The position numbers and the translations under genes are program-made. This document shows positions 48,768 through 60,763 of a DNA stretch of 64,000 nucleotides, one piece after another. The stretch spans positions 1-64,000 of the forward strand of contig QPMI01000133.1 in assembly GCA_004431415.1 (NCBI GenBank), given 5' to 3'. Origin of the DNA: Cyanophora paradoxa CCMP329. Its lineage: Eukaryota; Plantae; Glaucophyta. Numbering within the stretch: the stretch's first letter is position 1; every line of letters begins with the position of its first letter. The notes under the pieces are model-generated. The model saw nothing but the letters and a program-made list of their open reading frames with translations, did not search any database and was not told the DNA's origin.

Positions 48768-49604
48768 TGACTTATATATAATTAGTACCGATCGGGAAGC
48801 TCTCGTCTATATATTCTGTTCTTCTCTTTCACTGTATAACTTAGTAATTCACTGTATATATATTTGTCTCGACGGCGGTGCGGAATGCGGCGGGGAGTGG
48901 TGGGGCGGGGAGGGGCGATATGATTATATAAGCATATATAAGCACGGCGAAGGCCTAGGGCCCCAAAAATCTGAACGAGGCATGAGAGGGCAGTCGACGT
49001 CTTGGCGTCTGACCACGTGCAACTCGATGCAGCGACCAGCTCCTCCGTCTTGTCCTGTGCGATATCGATCGTCAGTCGAGCGTTCAGCCGACGAGAACAA
49101 TTCGTGGGACCTTCGAATTCTGAAGTTCAGCTGTTTCAGCCTCGCAATTCTTATTCGCGCGTTTCGCGGCGGAGGGACCCAGCAACTGCAGGAGCCGCTG
49201 AGCATCGATGGCTCCTTGCAGGGCGGTAGTAATTATGAAAGATCGAAAGCTGCAGAAGCAAATATAGACGCCGCGTGCGCGATGGTTGCGAACGTCCAAT
49301 GAATTGCCGAACTTTCAAAGAAGTTCGGAATGAGCTGCGTATACATACTTTTGGCGCCGGCCCAGTCACTGCAGCTGCCTTAGTGCAGCTGATCATGAGT
49401 CATGGTGCGTGACCTAGCATGGTGACCACGGCGAGCTCAAGCTAGCAGCCCCAGCCGACCCGCGGCCCCAGGCCCTGCCCCCTGGCTAGACCCCTCCGCT
49501 GACTGCCAGTACGTAGCTATAGCTGAGTTTTTAAATCTTAAAAGCAAATTAAATCTTAGCTAGCTAGCTATATATAGCACTGGATCCGGAACGTTAACTC
49601 TAGA

Positions 49605-49749
49605 TTTATTTTTGAGAGACTACGGCAGGGCGAACCCCCCGTAGGTAGTAATATTAAAGGACAACAAAGTAATCACAATTCAAAGCTAAAGGGATATTGA
49701 TCGCAGACAATCGCAAGGCATATAATCAAGGGCATATAATCAAGGGATC
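49605..49749 (-). mobile_element. Dispersed retroposon-like 3' end, copy 2
   Basis: Aligns with 26424-26577. CTACGG..CCGTAG stem lies just before the A-tail. Confidence 0.6.
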
Positions 49750-49997
49750 GGACACGACACTGTGACACGTTATAATTAACTCAGCGGAAGATAAATCGAG
49801 ACACTGAAATTAAGCTCACACTATATATATAGCTGTATATTCAGCATACTTATATCTAATTATCCGTAATACGTACACAGCCTAGCTATAGCTGGGGCCG
49901 AGGCACCTCCTCAGTGCTGGTGCCTCGAGGCTGCAGCTGTGCCATGACTGGCCCAGTGGTGATATACGTATACCCCAAAACTCTTAATCTGCTAACT

Positions 49998-52900
49998 TTA
50001 AAGACTGACGATTGCACTCGGTTCCACGCCGATTTCGGTGGCGATGCCCCGAATCGTGTGGGCGAAGACGGGCGGCCCACAGATGTAGAAGAACCCTGGC
50101 GGACTTGCATTAGCTCTGGTTCGATTTGAGTGCTTTTGAATCTAGATCTAGATCTAGAGCGCCGGCGCCGTCAGAAATGAAAGAGGATTCGGTTTTCACG
50201 AACGTTCGTTAATTATTTAGATTGAAATGTGTTCATTTTAACGCAGAGCCACGTGCACGGCGCGGGGGGCGCACGGAGTGCCTTGGTCCTGTGCACGACG
50301 GAGGTACGGAGGAAGGCGGCATCGACGCGGCCCGAACGGCGGTGGGCCGCCTGCGCGAGCCACTCCGCCGAGGGCGGCTGGCCCACGAAGAGGAAGAGCT
50401 CCAGGGCGGGGCACACCGACGCGCACTGCGCGCGGGGTAGGGGAGCGGCGGCATGAGGGGCGCGCTTTGAATTCGTATACACTTATTGCCAATTGCAATT
50501 AGAATTGCAACTGCATGTGTGCCTGCAGAGAAAGCACCTCTTCGAGCCAGTCGAGCTCGGGTATGTCTTCGGCCGACTCGAAGCAAGCGACGAGCTGAAC
50601 GCGGTGTGAGCATTTGTATAAGACTCTGAGATACAGTGGTAGTTATGAGTTGATTAGAGGCCGGACCTTGAGTCGGAGCCGTGTGTTGGGGGGCGCGCTG
50701 GAGCCCTTGCTCCGGTCGAGGCCGAAGGACCGTGCGGACTTGGACCCGGAGCGGGCGGCGCGCCGCCGTCGAATGGACGCGGCTCCGGCGCCGGATCCGG
50801 CGCCGGCGGATCCGGACGGCGGGCGGGGCGCGAAGACCGCGCTGCGGGGGTTGAAAGCAGATGGGTTTCCCCCGGGGCCGGCGCCCGCCTGCGGTCGCCT
50901 CTGGTCCCCGTCGCCGCCGCCGCCGCCGTCGCCGTCGCCGGATCCGTCGGCGCCGCCGTCCCTGGCCGATGCTGACGCGGACCGCGACCGCGAGAGGTGC
51001 TTCACGTTGATGTCGAGGAAGCTCGCGGTCCCCAGCCCCGACGACTGCGTGCGAAGGACACTCGGAAATCAGAGGAAATGCGCGACCTGTAGACGTAGAA
51101 ACGGGCGATCGAACATTTGAGGACGGCGCGACCGGCAAGTTGTACAGCGATCGCGACGCGCCAGGGGCTGCGCCGCCCCGTCCCCAGGCTGACCCCGAAT
51201 CCCCGTCGAACTCCACCGGAACGACGGCGGCAGTGCTGCCCGGGCCGGAGGGCTCCAGAAGGTACTTGAAACTCGTGCGGGAGCTCTTGCTGTGCTTTGG
51301 GCTCTTCGGATCCGGATTCGAGTTGGAGGGGCTCGAGCCGGAGCTGGTCGGCCGCGGGTTCGAATCCGCCGCGGGGGGCGAGGCCGCGAAGGGGGGCGGC
51401 GCCAGCGGTTCGAACTCCGGATCCGGCGCGTGGGGCCCGCCTTGCGCTCTCCGCGGCGAGGGCTGCTCATTGTAGTCCGACACGACGTCCACCGAGTGCA
51501 CGGCGGCCGGGAGGAGGAGGAGGCTCGCGGGCTCCGGGCCCTCGCGCGGAACCAGGCGCACGACGGGGCTCGCCGCCGCCGTCGCCGGCGACAGCTGCTG
51601 GGCCTCCGTGGCCAGTTCCAGGGCGTGCTCGTCCTCCATCTTGCGGATGTGGGCGACGAGGTCGAGGAGGGGCAGGATGCCCGTCCCTGCCACCACCTGC
51701 GGCCCCGCGCGCGTCAACGTTGCGCGCTCGACCGCCTTGACCCCGGCCCCGCAAAACACTAAAAGCAACAACCCCCGATATCGAATCTATCAGAGAATAT
51801 TAATGGCAGCACCGCAATAAGGTCCCCCTCGAACGCTTTTGACCCCGCAAAATAAATTTAAATCTTCGACCGAGGGTTTGATTCTATATATCAGAGAATG
51901 GCAGCACCGCAATGAGGTCCCCCTCCGTGTCGTGCCCGAGGCGAAGACCGAGCCCGAGGGGCCCCCGAACGCTGCGCGAGATGCCGTCAGGCGCGTAATT
52001 ATAATTGTTTAAATTGAATGCCCCCTACCGAATCTGGGAGCCCAGAGGGGCGTCCAACAGGTACGGCGACATGGCTCCCGTCGGGTAGCGCCGGAGCCAG
52101 AGGTCGTGGGTGGCGCTGTAGTCGAGGTCGCCATCGGGATCGACCGAGGGGCGGCGCGCCCGCGTGGGCGCGGGGCGCGCCCCGCCCGCGTGCGCGATGC
52201 GGACGAGCGAGTAGTGGCGATGCACGTCCCGCCCGTTGATGGTGGCCGTCACCTCGAAGTGCTGCCCCAGGTAGCGGAGGTCGTCCCTGCACGGTCCGAG
52301 TCGCAAGAGCGAATCGAAACGATTAATTATAACAGTGGCACGGGGCACGAATCCGAACGCACTGGTGGTACGTGGGCGGGACGTCGCACGCGAAGCGCAC
52401 GCGGAAGACGGGGCGCGAGCTCGGGCAGACGGCCGTCCGCTCGATGACCGTCCACGTCTGCACGCCCGCCACCGCCGCCTCGTCGTCGCGGTCCCCTTCC
52501 GGGTGTAGGACGGCCACGCAAAGCTGCGTGCGCGGCCAGTATATGATTTTGTGCGTTCGACGGTGAGTAAATCCAGAAATAGAGTCCAATGCATATGTAC
52601 GGACCTCTTGCAGCATTCTGTGGGCGTGAACGCTGTGGCGGTGAGCGCTGTACCCCCCGAACGCCATCCGCCCACCGCTGCCGTACAGGAACGCGCTAAT
52701 GTCCTGGCCGATCATCGAGTGAAGGAGGGCGGTCCCTGTCCGAAGCGCACGCGTCAAGGAACTCGAAAGATAGATTGAAAACGGATACGGAAAAGGTCCA
52801 GGCAAGGCCGGGATCCGGATCACCTCCGGGGTGCGTGGACAGTATCGGCTCGACGTCGAAAACACTGCTGCAGCGTTAGCAGTGTGGCAGGGAAAGTTCT

Positions 52901-55900
52901 CTTTTAAATTTAAAGCGCACCGGTCGCCAACCAATACCCACTGCGATCCAAGCCGAATCATTCGTTCAAACTCTGACGGCGTGAGCGGCTGCTCGGGGAT
53001 CGATCAGCCTTTACATTGATGTCGACAAAAAGAGCTCTCAGAGTCTAATGATTCGAGTCGGCTCGACGAACGAACCGCGACCTTCTTGGCGTTGATGGAG
53101 TCGAAAACGACCTCCACCCGGCGCTTGTTGTAGAAAGAAACGACCTCGCCGAGCGCGAAGGCGACGGCGAGGACGGCGACCCAGAGGAGGAATGCGCTCC
53201 GGACGGACGGCATCATGAGGTGCTGGCCCAGGCCAACGTTGGCGAGCGCTCCGAGGCACACGATCCACCCGTTCACTCGGTGGGCCGTTCGGGTGACGAA
53301 CGCCCAGCGCTTTGGCTTGCGCGACAGGTGCATGTGCCTGCACGCACGAGCGCGAGATTAGAGTCAGCTGAACATCGAAGCCGTTAGAATTGCGGAGCTC
53401 AAGCGATCGACAACGACACCGCACTTGACTAGCATGCCCAGCCCGAGCTGCAAGGCGGAGTCGACGGCGAGCGCCAGGCCCAGCAAGCTGATCAAGTACG
53501 CGTGAATATTAATGGAAGATCTTGAGCGTTTTTCGATCACAACTGAAATCAAAACGGGGCCGCACCCGTGCGACTTCGCCTCTGCTGCACTCGCTCGCGA
53601 GGCAAACGCGGCAGATGCGGCAGGTACGGTGATGGACAGCGCGAGTTGCATCATCCTGCAGAGAGCGACACGGCATGCGGATCGCAGTTCGGTCAGACAT
53701 GCAGAAATTGCGAGGGAGGGCGCGATCGCGATCGCAAACCCGCGGTGAATTTTGAGCCACATTGGGATGTGCTTCAGGTGGCGCACGATGAAGATGCTCA
53801 CGGGGGCGATGACGGCCCACGAGGCCCCCATCGCAATCGCGTGGACTGCGAAATTAAAGAAAGAGATCAGGCTCGGGGCGTGATCATGATGCACATGCGA
53901 ATGGCAGCATTAATTTCATTGCCGTGCCACGGTGTACGCACCGGTGTACGCATTGTCGTAAACACGGCCCTCGGAGACGCTGAAGTCTACACTCTCTCCG
54001 GATCCAGCTGAGCTCGAGCTCGAGCTCGACGAGCCCGTGTCGGAAGCGGGGGAGTTCGAGCCGGTTCCGGCGCTCGAGGATCCAGCTGCAGATCCGGCGG
54101 CTGCGTACACGCTGGCGCTCACGCCCGCCATCGCGAAGAAATCGAGTGACCCGCGCAGGACGTCCGTCGGGCGGTGCATAGAAAACTGCGCGCGCGCGAT
54201 AGATCGCGTTACGCTCGACGCCATGATTATGCACGTTGGCTAAGCCGAGTATAATTAGATATCGATAAGCGCACCTCCGTCCCGCTCGCCCTCCAAGCGA
54301 AGATGAGAGCTGCAAAATCGAAGACGGATCAGACGCTAGTATACGTAGGCCTAATCATAATTATAAGGCGTCTACATCCTTCTCATTAATAATAATCCAC
54401 GGCCGGCTCCACGCGCGCGCACGCTGGCGGCCGGGCGAGAAGGGTTTGTCCTGCGCCGAGTCGCCCGTGTTCCACGCCCTCCGCCAGCGGAACGTCTGCG
54501 TGCCGGGCGAGCGGGACGCATCCACGAGGACCACGTCCTGTTTGGCGTCTGCCGCGGCCGCGCACGCGCAGACGTCGCGATTGGCGAGTCGGCCCGAATC
54601 GAACGCGATCGCGAGGCTTCGGATATATAATTATTCCGCGTGCGCCGCGCGCGCACCGGTGGCGGGGCCGCGGAAGCCGAAGGCCTTCGCGTCGATGGCC
54701 AGAGGCGACCCGGAGGCGTTGTGGCGCATCCAGACCACGTCGGCGTCCGCCATGCTGTTGCCCAGCCCCAGCGCCACCCACCCGTCGCAGGCGCAGGTGA
54801 CCGCCACCTCGATCTCGCGGGTCGCGACGAGCATGGACCAGCGCAAGCTCAGCACGTCGTTGAGGCGAGCGGATGCCGTGTACGCGACCGGCGCCGACGA
54901 CGTCGCGTTCGAATTCGCCGACGGCGTCGACGTCGACGTCGTCGCGTTCGCCGTCGCGATCGGGCCGGACGACGTCGCGTTGCCGTTGCCGGATCCGGAG
55001 AGGTCCTGCATGGATTCATCCTCTTTCCAGGGCGGCGGCGTGGCTATGAAGACCTGGTTTCGAAGCGATCAGTTGAGATGGATCCGGAACTATCGCGCTA
55101 ATTATAAGGAATTAAGACTCGCGCTAGCGCTCGCGATGCGTTGCTCACTGAGCGCGGCATGGTCTTGATGAAGGGGGCCCACGCCGACTCGACCATGTCC
55201 GTGAATCGCCGCGCACGGATTTCGTTCAGCACCGGAGCCGCCAGAGTGTCCCACCTGCAGCCGCATGCAGAACGAATCGGCGTTCAGGAATTCGAAGGAC
55301 CGGGAATTAACGTCTCCATGCAGGCGAACCAGTACGGGTCCGTGTCGCGGACTGTCTTTATTGTGTCTGTGATGATGGCCACCGCGAGGGGGCCCACCAG
55401 GCCCCCGGTTTGCTCCTGTGCGAAAGTATTAATCGAAGCTGAATGTGAGCTTCAAAACGATGTGCAACATTAATATTAATCAACGCAATCGAGGTGGAAC
55501 TAGATATAGCGCTAGCTATAGCTATGTAGCTATCAGTGAAAGATCTAGATAATTTCAGCTTTGATTTGAACGGACGGATGAGCACCTTTTCGGCAAGGAG
55601 GCCCACGAGGAGGTCGGCGTCGCCCGGCGAGGGGTACACGGCCTGCGCACGAGACGGCGTTCATAGAAAGTTGAGCATTATTAGAACCTCTTGCAGATGT
55701 GATGATCTTCTAATCAAACCATATGCGTGGATCGGGAGGGCGAATTCGAATGGAATCCGAACCTGCAGCGCCTGCTGGAGGGCCGCGCTCGAGGTGACCT
55801 TGTCCCACGTGGCCAGCGCCGGGAGCCCGTGGGCGGCTCGCGCCCTCCCGTAGCTCGGGAGGCGGGCCAGCCGCCCCCTCGCCAGGTCCTCCGTCCCCGC

Positions 55901-56593
55901 GTCCGGCAGGGGCCAGAGCCCGGCCCGGAGACTGCGGCGCGGAATCGGATCAGGTTATTTGAGCTTTAGATGATATGCATGGTTACTAATTAATTATATA
56001 AGTTAGATAAATTAAATCTGAAGAAGCTCTCACAAGTCGGCGTAGTGGAGGTCGGCCTTGGACGAGTACGTGGAGGCAAGGCCTCGGATGAGCCCCGGCA
56101 TCCCTTCCCCGCTCCCCTGCGCATGCGTCGCCGAGTCGGCGTCACGCGCAAAAATTGGCAACTTGCAATGGGAAATGCAATAAACCGGCACCTCGAGAAA
56201 GGCAGCGCTGTAGTACCCTTCGTAAGCGGAGAGGGGCCCCTCGGCCGACATCGCGCCGTTCGAGTCGAGCCGGGCGTAGATCTTATAATTGCGGCGTCGG
56301 CCACAGGGGTGTCATGATCAGAACGAAGCCCAACTTGGCGAGCTCGGCGGCTCGAAGCGGCAGGGGCGGCTCGCACCCGGGGAAGCAGGGTGCGGTGGAC
56401 GAGCGAAGCCGCGGCCGCGAACTCGAGGGGCACGCGCGCCTCGCCCGACGCGTTGTACTTGTATGCGGGCAATGTGGAGCCTGCGCACGCGGGCGCCCAA
56501 TCTCGGAGTCGGCAATGCCACGCGTACAGCGCGGTAGGCAGTGCAAGGCGTCGAACCGAAGAACAGGGGGATGAATTCCTGCACGGTGACGCG
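49998..56593 (-). CDS. Multi-exon fusion: animal-type heme peroxidase (C-terminal part), DOMON, cytochrome b561, cytochrome b5, FAD- and NAD(P)H-binding reductase; 5' exons not found in window
   Basis: Peroxidase: RVTVQEFIPLFFG, EFAAAASLVHRTLLP, DLARGRLAGLPSY, DADLLVGLLAE, VRDTDPYWF. DOMON: GWVALGLGNSMADADVV, FSMH. b561 His sites: VHAIAM, WLKIHR, KSHG, AHRVNG. b5: HPGG, RHS. Reductase: RHYS, GAMSPYL, RGPLG, AGTGILP, ICGPP. Confidence 0.85.
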
Positions 56594-57281
56594 CTGCGGG
56601 CACGACGGGGAAGAGTCAGAGGCCCGAGGGTTGGTTCGAAGGGATCCGAAGAGCTAAGACTTCGGAAAAGGGTATCTAGATCTAGACCGAAAGGTCCGCC
56701 CTATTTGCAAGCTTCTGTGCAGAACAGGACCTCCAATGTTTCTATTGATCTTGGAACTCCGAAGTTCTTCTTGGATAAAAACACAGGTCGGTGTGAGGGT
56801 ACTGGACACCAATTAAATCCGACATTATCCTATCTTATTCAGTCTCGCCACTTCCCTCTATCTTGAATTCTCAGTCTCCTCAGTGCCAATATGCATAAAT
56901 CTTTCATAGTTTTTATAACTTTATGCATATCTTTGCACTAACTTTATCCCAATCCTCAGTATCCCATTGCATAAATCTTTATCTTTCCCCCAAAGTTTCC
57001 CCCAAACTATGCATAACTTATCATAACTTTATGTATTCTTATCATAGTCCTATAGCTAGCTCGTTTTCCCGCGATGTACCCTGTTTTGTGCCTATTCTGT
57101 GCATCGGGAACTTGCTCGATAGCATCGCAAGCGTCATCGCGATCGGGATTGGCGATATCGATGCCATCGGGAATTTCTCGATAGCATATGCATCGGGGAT
57201 CGATAGAAAAAGGTGGTGGACGCAATCGACCCCTCGCAAAATTTGATGTCAACTTTTTATAAACGCTGTCATCCTACAAAA

Positions 57282-57832
57282 ATGCCTTTCACTGTTCAAT
57301 GCATCCCGCTGTCTAAAATGCCGCCACTGATCCCGTATCCAATTGTGGGGCAACTTCCATACCTGAGTCAAAGCAATGCAACCGCTGCAAGGAAACGAAG
57401 CCGGCTTGTGAGTATGGAAAGAGGAAGCTGAAATCGGGGAACATTACTCTGCAAGCATATTGTGCCCCATGCTTTAAAATCGTTCACACCGAACAAGCTT
57501 CCAAATTTGCCTCAAAGCCAAAGCCTGAAATCGAGTCCAAAACTTGCACCAAATGCGAAGAGACTAAGCCAATCTCTGAGTTTTACAGGAATGCTATGAA
57601 TGCTGACGGGTTCAACTCATCATGCAAAGATTGTGTCAACGAATATACTAAAATGCATGCCGAATCAATGAAGATGTGCCCAAAGATTAACGTCGAATCT
57701 AAGGTCTGTTCAGCCTGCAAGATCGAAAAGCCTGCAAGTGATTATAATAAAAGAAGTACTGCCAAAGATGGTCTATATTCAAAATGTCGCAAGTGTTTCA
57801 ATGAGACTCGCAAAAAGCACCCCAAGAACTAA
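57282..57832 (+). CDS. Protein with three ESKxCxxC..KP....CxxC zinc-binding repeats (frameshift near 57355)
   Basis: ESKQCNRCKETKP..YCAPC, ESKTCTKCEETKPISEF..DGFNSSCKDC and ESKVCSACKIEKPASDY..DGLYSKCRKC share one frame. The ATG at 57282 is in a different frame. Confidence 0.7.
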
Positions 57833-58082
57833 TACAAATTTTCGAGGCTGATGTTCCCTATTTTTTGTGCATCGTGATCGGCGATGCCATCGAGAAAAGT
57901 ACATATGTACATATTCGAAAAATGAGGTGGTGGACACCGATACACCCATTGGAGAGAAAAGCCCCGCCCACTATGCAAGATACATGCCTTTCTTATGCAT
58001 GATCTATGAAAAATAACAATAAACCCAGTCGTCAGACAAGCTGCCTTGGCTGCGCCTCTCTCATTCTTCGAATTCGAATTCT

Positions 58083-58346
58083 TTACATAGGAGCACTCGC
58101 AGTTATCTCGCTCATTTTTACCACAGTCCCGCGATTAAAAGCTTGCTCTACAATCGCTTCCTTTGTGAGTGGAATTGGAATCCCAGCAGCAATACAGGAT
58201 TGAACTTCTTTGGCTACAATGTCATCAGTTGCCGACATTGCACGACTTTTCACTACATTCGTAATCCATTCAGCTGGGGAGAACGCAATATATTCCATTG
58301 CTGACTTTTCTGTATTCGATAAAATCACTTCGTATATGTTCGACAT
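58083..58346 (-). CDS. 87-aa hypothetical viral protein resembling small phage fibre-adjacent proteins
   Basis: Intact ORF (LSNTEKSAMEYIAFSPAEWITNVVKSRA..IPIPLTKEAIVEQAF) directly downstream of the C1q-like gene. Resemblance is from recall, not a search. Confidence 0.65.
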   Translation of the reverse strand: MSNIYEVILSNTEKSAMEYIAFSPAEWITNVVKSRAMSATDDIVAKEVQSCIAAGIPIPLTKEAIVEQAFNRGTVVKMSEITASAPM

Positions 58347-58368
58347 TCTCTACTCTAAGGAAACAAAA

Positions 58369-59278
58369 TTAATCGATGGCGGTTAGCATGGCTATATAAA
58401 ATCCACATCTGTCTCCCATACATTCTGAACCCACAGCTCTACATAATCCCCGGAGAAAGTTCTGCTATTCCTCCTGTCTGCATACCTATCCAGGTCCCAG
58501 CAGGATTCGCATTGAATCTAAATTGACTCACCGTAGAGCCATTTATTTTTATTTCAAGCAGTGATATGCCACTCGAAACATTCGCTGATAAAGAAGACCC
58601 CAAAAGAATGTATATTCCTTTTGTCTGACATGTGAAACGACCATCAGTAAACGTTGATGTCCCAAGCCTTGAAAAACCAGTAGTATAACTGTTGAATTTA
58701 ATAAATGTGCTTCCTGATGCAAGTGCTGTGGTTCCATATCTTCCCATCATAGGGTGACTGTTCATTTTAACACTACTACTGAATGTGCCGGTGGTTCCAG
58801 TAACCCCTCCATTTGCTGTAAGAAGCCCTGAGAAAGTCCCAGTGGTTCCATTTACTCCTCCACTTGCTGTGAGCAACCCAGTAAATGAGCCTGTCCCACT
58901 AACTGTCGCATTTCCATTGACCCCCAAGCCAGTCCCGATCCATGCCCCGCCACTGTAAACTTGGAAAGCCGCCGAATTCCTATCAGCCGGATTAAAAGCC
59001 GTTTTGGAATCCTGTTGACCTTCATATAGATTTTCTTTGGTGACCAGCCCCGAAGAGATTGCGGGTCGATTAGATACGATCATTTGAGTAGCTTTAACGA
59101 CTCCATCAGCCTTGTCAGCTCGGAGTTCTTTGACTCTGAGTATGCTTTGGTCATTAAAAGAATCGGTTTTCGCTGTCTCAGTCGAAGGGTGGCTTGGAGA
59201 TAAATCATAAACAGTGTGTTGGACATTGTGGACAGCACTTGCACTCAAAGAAAACACAGGCGTGAATACAGTTGTCAT
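58369..59278 (-). CDS. Fibre-like protein with Gly/Thr repeats and C-terminal C1q-like domain (two apparent 1-bp deletions at 3' end)
   Basis: GTFSGLLTAxGGVxGTT repeats and GRFTCQTKGIY. The shifted frame continues LSPGDYVELWVQN..CGFYIAML. Confidence 0.7.
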
Positions 59279-59299
59279 CTTTAAATTGCTCTTTACTTA

Positions 59300-60763
59300 T
59301 TAAGCGAGAATATTATTGTTTTGGAGAGGTCCGACAGCAATCCAATGGAGTTTAAGGGTGCGATTGCTTTGGATCACACTGTTATAATTGATGTCCGAGT
59401 AACAAGTGAATATCGCAATCCAAGTGAATTTATTTTTGAACCCAATGCGATTTCCGAACTGATATTCAGCAGAGAGATATATGCTATTGGTGAAATCGAC
59501 ACTTGTTAAAATAATACTGTTTTCGAGAGTAGCAGTAATTACAGGATCACTAAAAAATGGGGTTGAGAATGTAACGGTTCCCGATACTGTGGTAAAATCC
59601 CCTTTGTAATAGACTCCGGCAGGAATTACTACATCCATTGTCCCTTGTTGCACATATGCATTTGGATTCACATAACTACCGAAATTCGTGAGCAACTCGA
59701 TGCTGTGATTGTGAGTAGGTGGCGAAGTGGGTGTGTTAATTAAATCGTCATAGTTCCCGCTTGTAGCCACAGCATGCAAGTTTGGTGTATTAACTAAATC
59801 TGTATAGCTCCCACTTGTAGCCACAGCATGCAAGGTCGGTGCAATAGGGGTGTTAGTTAAATCGTTGTAATCACCACTTGTGGCAACAGCATGCAAATTC
59901 GGCTTAGTAAATAACCTATCCCATGTCCCATTGAAAGGGAGTGTAGATTCTGATATAATTACACCTTGATCAATCCAACGAGGTATATAGCTTGTGAAAT
60001 CGGGAGGATTTACAAGATCATAGTAATTTCCTGTGTATGCTACACTACTCCAAGTCGGCTTCTGAATGATATCACTCCACTTCCCACTAAATCCCGCCGG
60101 CACATCTGTAAGCTCTTTATAGCTCACCTTTTGTTTCGGTATAGACAGCTCGATTGGTGAGAATGCACCCGAAAGGCGATTTTCAGAGGTGAAATACATG
60201 AGACTTTGACTGTTAGGGAATACATCCACGAGATTAAAGGTGAAATTCGTGGGCAATTCGAGTCGACTAATTGGGGTGTTGTCGCCTAATATAAATTCGG
60301 CGCCTGTATGCACGACCGGATTTCTTTGGATATACATATTTGATGCACCTATTACAGGTGCCACAATGGGCACATCCGAATTAACGAGATTGCAAGTGAT
60401 GGAGAAAATGGTTTTGGGGGCATACAGATTGCAATCAAAGGTAATCGTGGCGGGATCAATAGTAGGATCGACATTTGAACAGATCTGAAACATCCACCCA
60501 CCCACACAGTTGCAATTTAAATTGCGAAAGGCTGTGCCTGCCATTGCATCCACATAGCCGATCCCATTTGCAATGTCATAGATGTGACCAAACTCGTAAC
60601 CGAAAAGGTCATTCCATAGGTTAGAAGCCATAGCTCCCATCACATAGCCTTTTAGATTAACAATTAGGTCATTGGATTCACTGGGTATATTGCCATGGGT
60701 TATATAAAATTGATTATCCAATACAGCATTCTTTACTGTCGTTTCTACTATGGGTTCCGTCAT
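59300..60763 (-). CDS. 487-aa tail-fibre-like protein
   Basis: Three LHAVATSGxYxDLxNTP repeats plus related units. C-terminal VTFSTPFFSDPVITAT...LHWIAVG resembles an H-type lectin/fibre tip. Confidence 0.8.
   Translation of the reverse strand: MTEPIVETTVKNAVLDNQFYITHGNIPSESNDLIVNLKGYVMGAMASNLWNDLFGYEFGHIYDIANGIGYVDAMAGTAFRNLNCNCVGGWMFQICSNVDPTIDPATITFDCNLYAPKTIFSITCNLVNSDVPIVAPVIGASNMYIQRNPVVHTGAEFILGDNTPISRLELPTNFTFNLVDVFPNSQSLMYFTSENRLSGAFSPIELSIPKQKVSYKELTDVPAGFSGKWSDIIQKPTWSSVAYTGNYYDLVNPPDFTSYIPRWIDQGVIISESTLPFNGTWDRLFTKPNLHAVATSGDYNDLTNTPIAPTLHAVATSGSYTDLVNTPNLHAVATSGNYDDLINTPTSPPTHNHSIELLTNFGSYVNPNAYVQQGTMDVVIPAGVYYKGDFTTVSGTVTFSTPFFSDPVITATLENSIILTSVDFTNSIYLSAEYQFGNRIGFKNKFTWIAIFTCYSDINYNSVIQSNRTLKLHWIAVGPLQNNNILA

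Noticed and set aside
51789-51925. Alternative exon from the duplicated GDLIA exon end
   Set aside because: The copy is partial and I found no convincing acceptor. It is treated as an intronic duplication.
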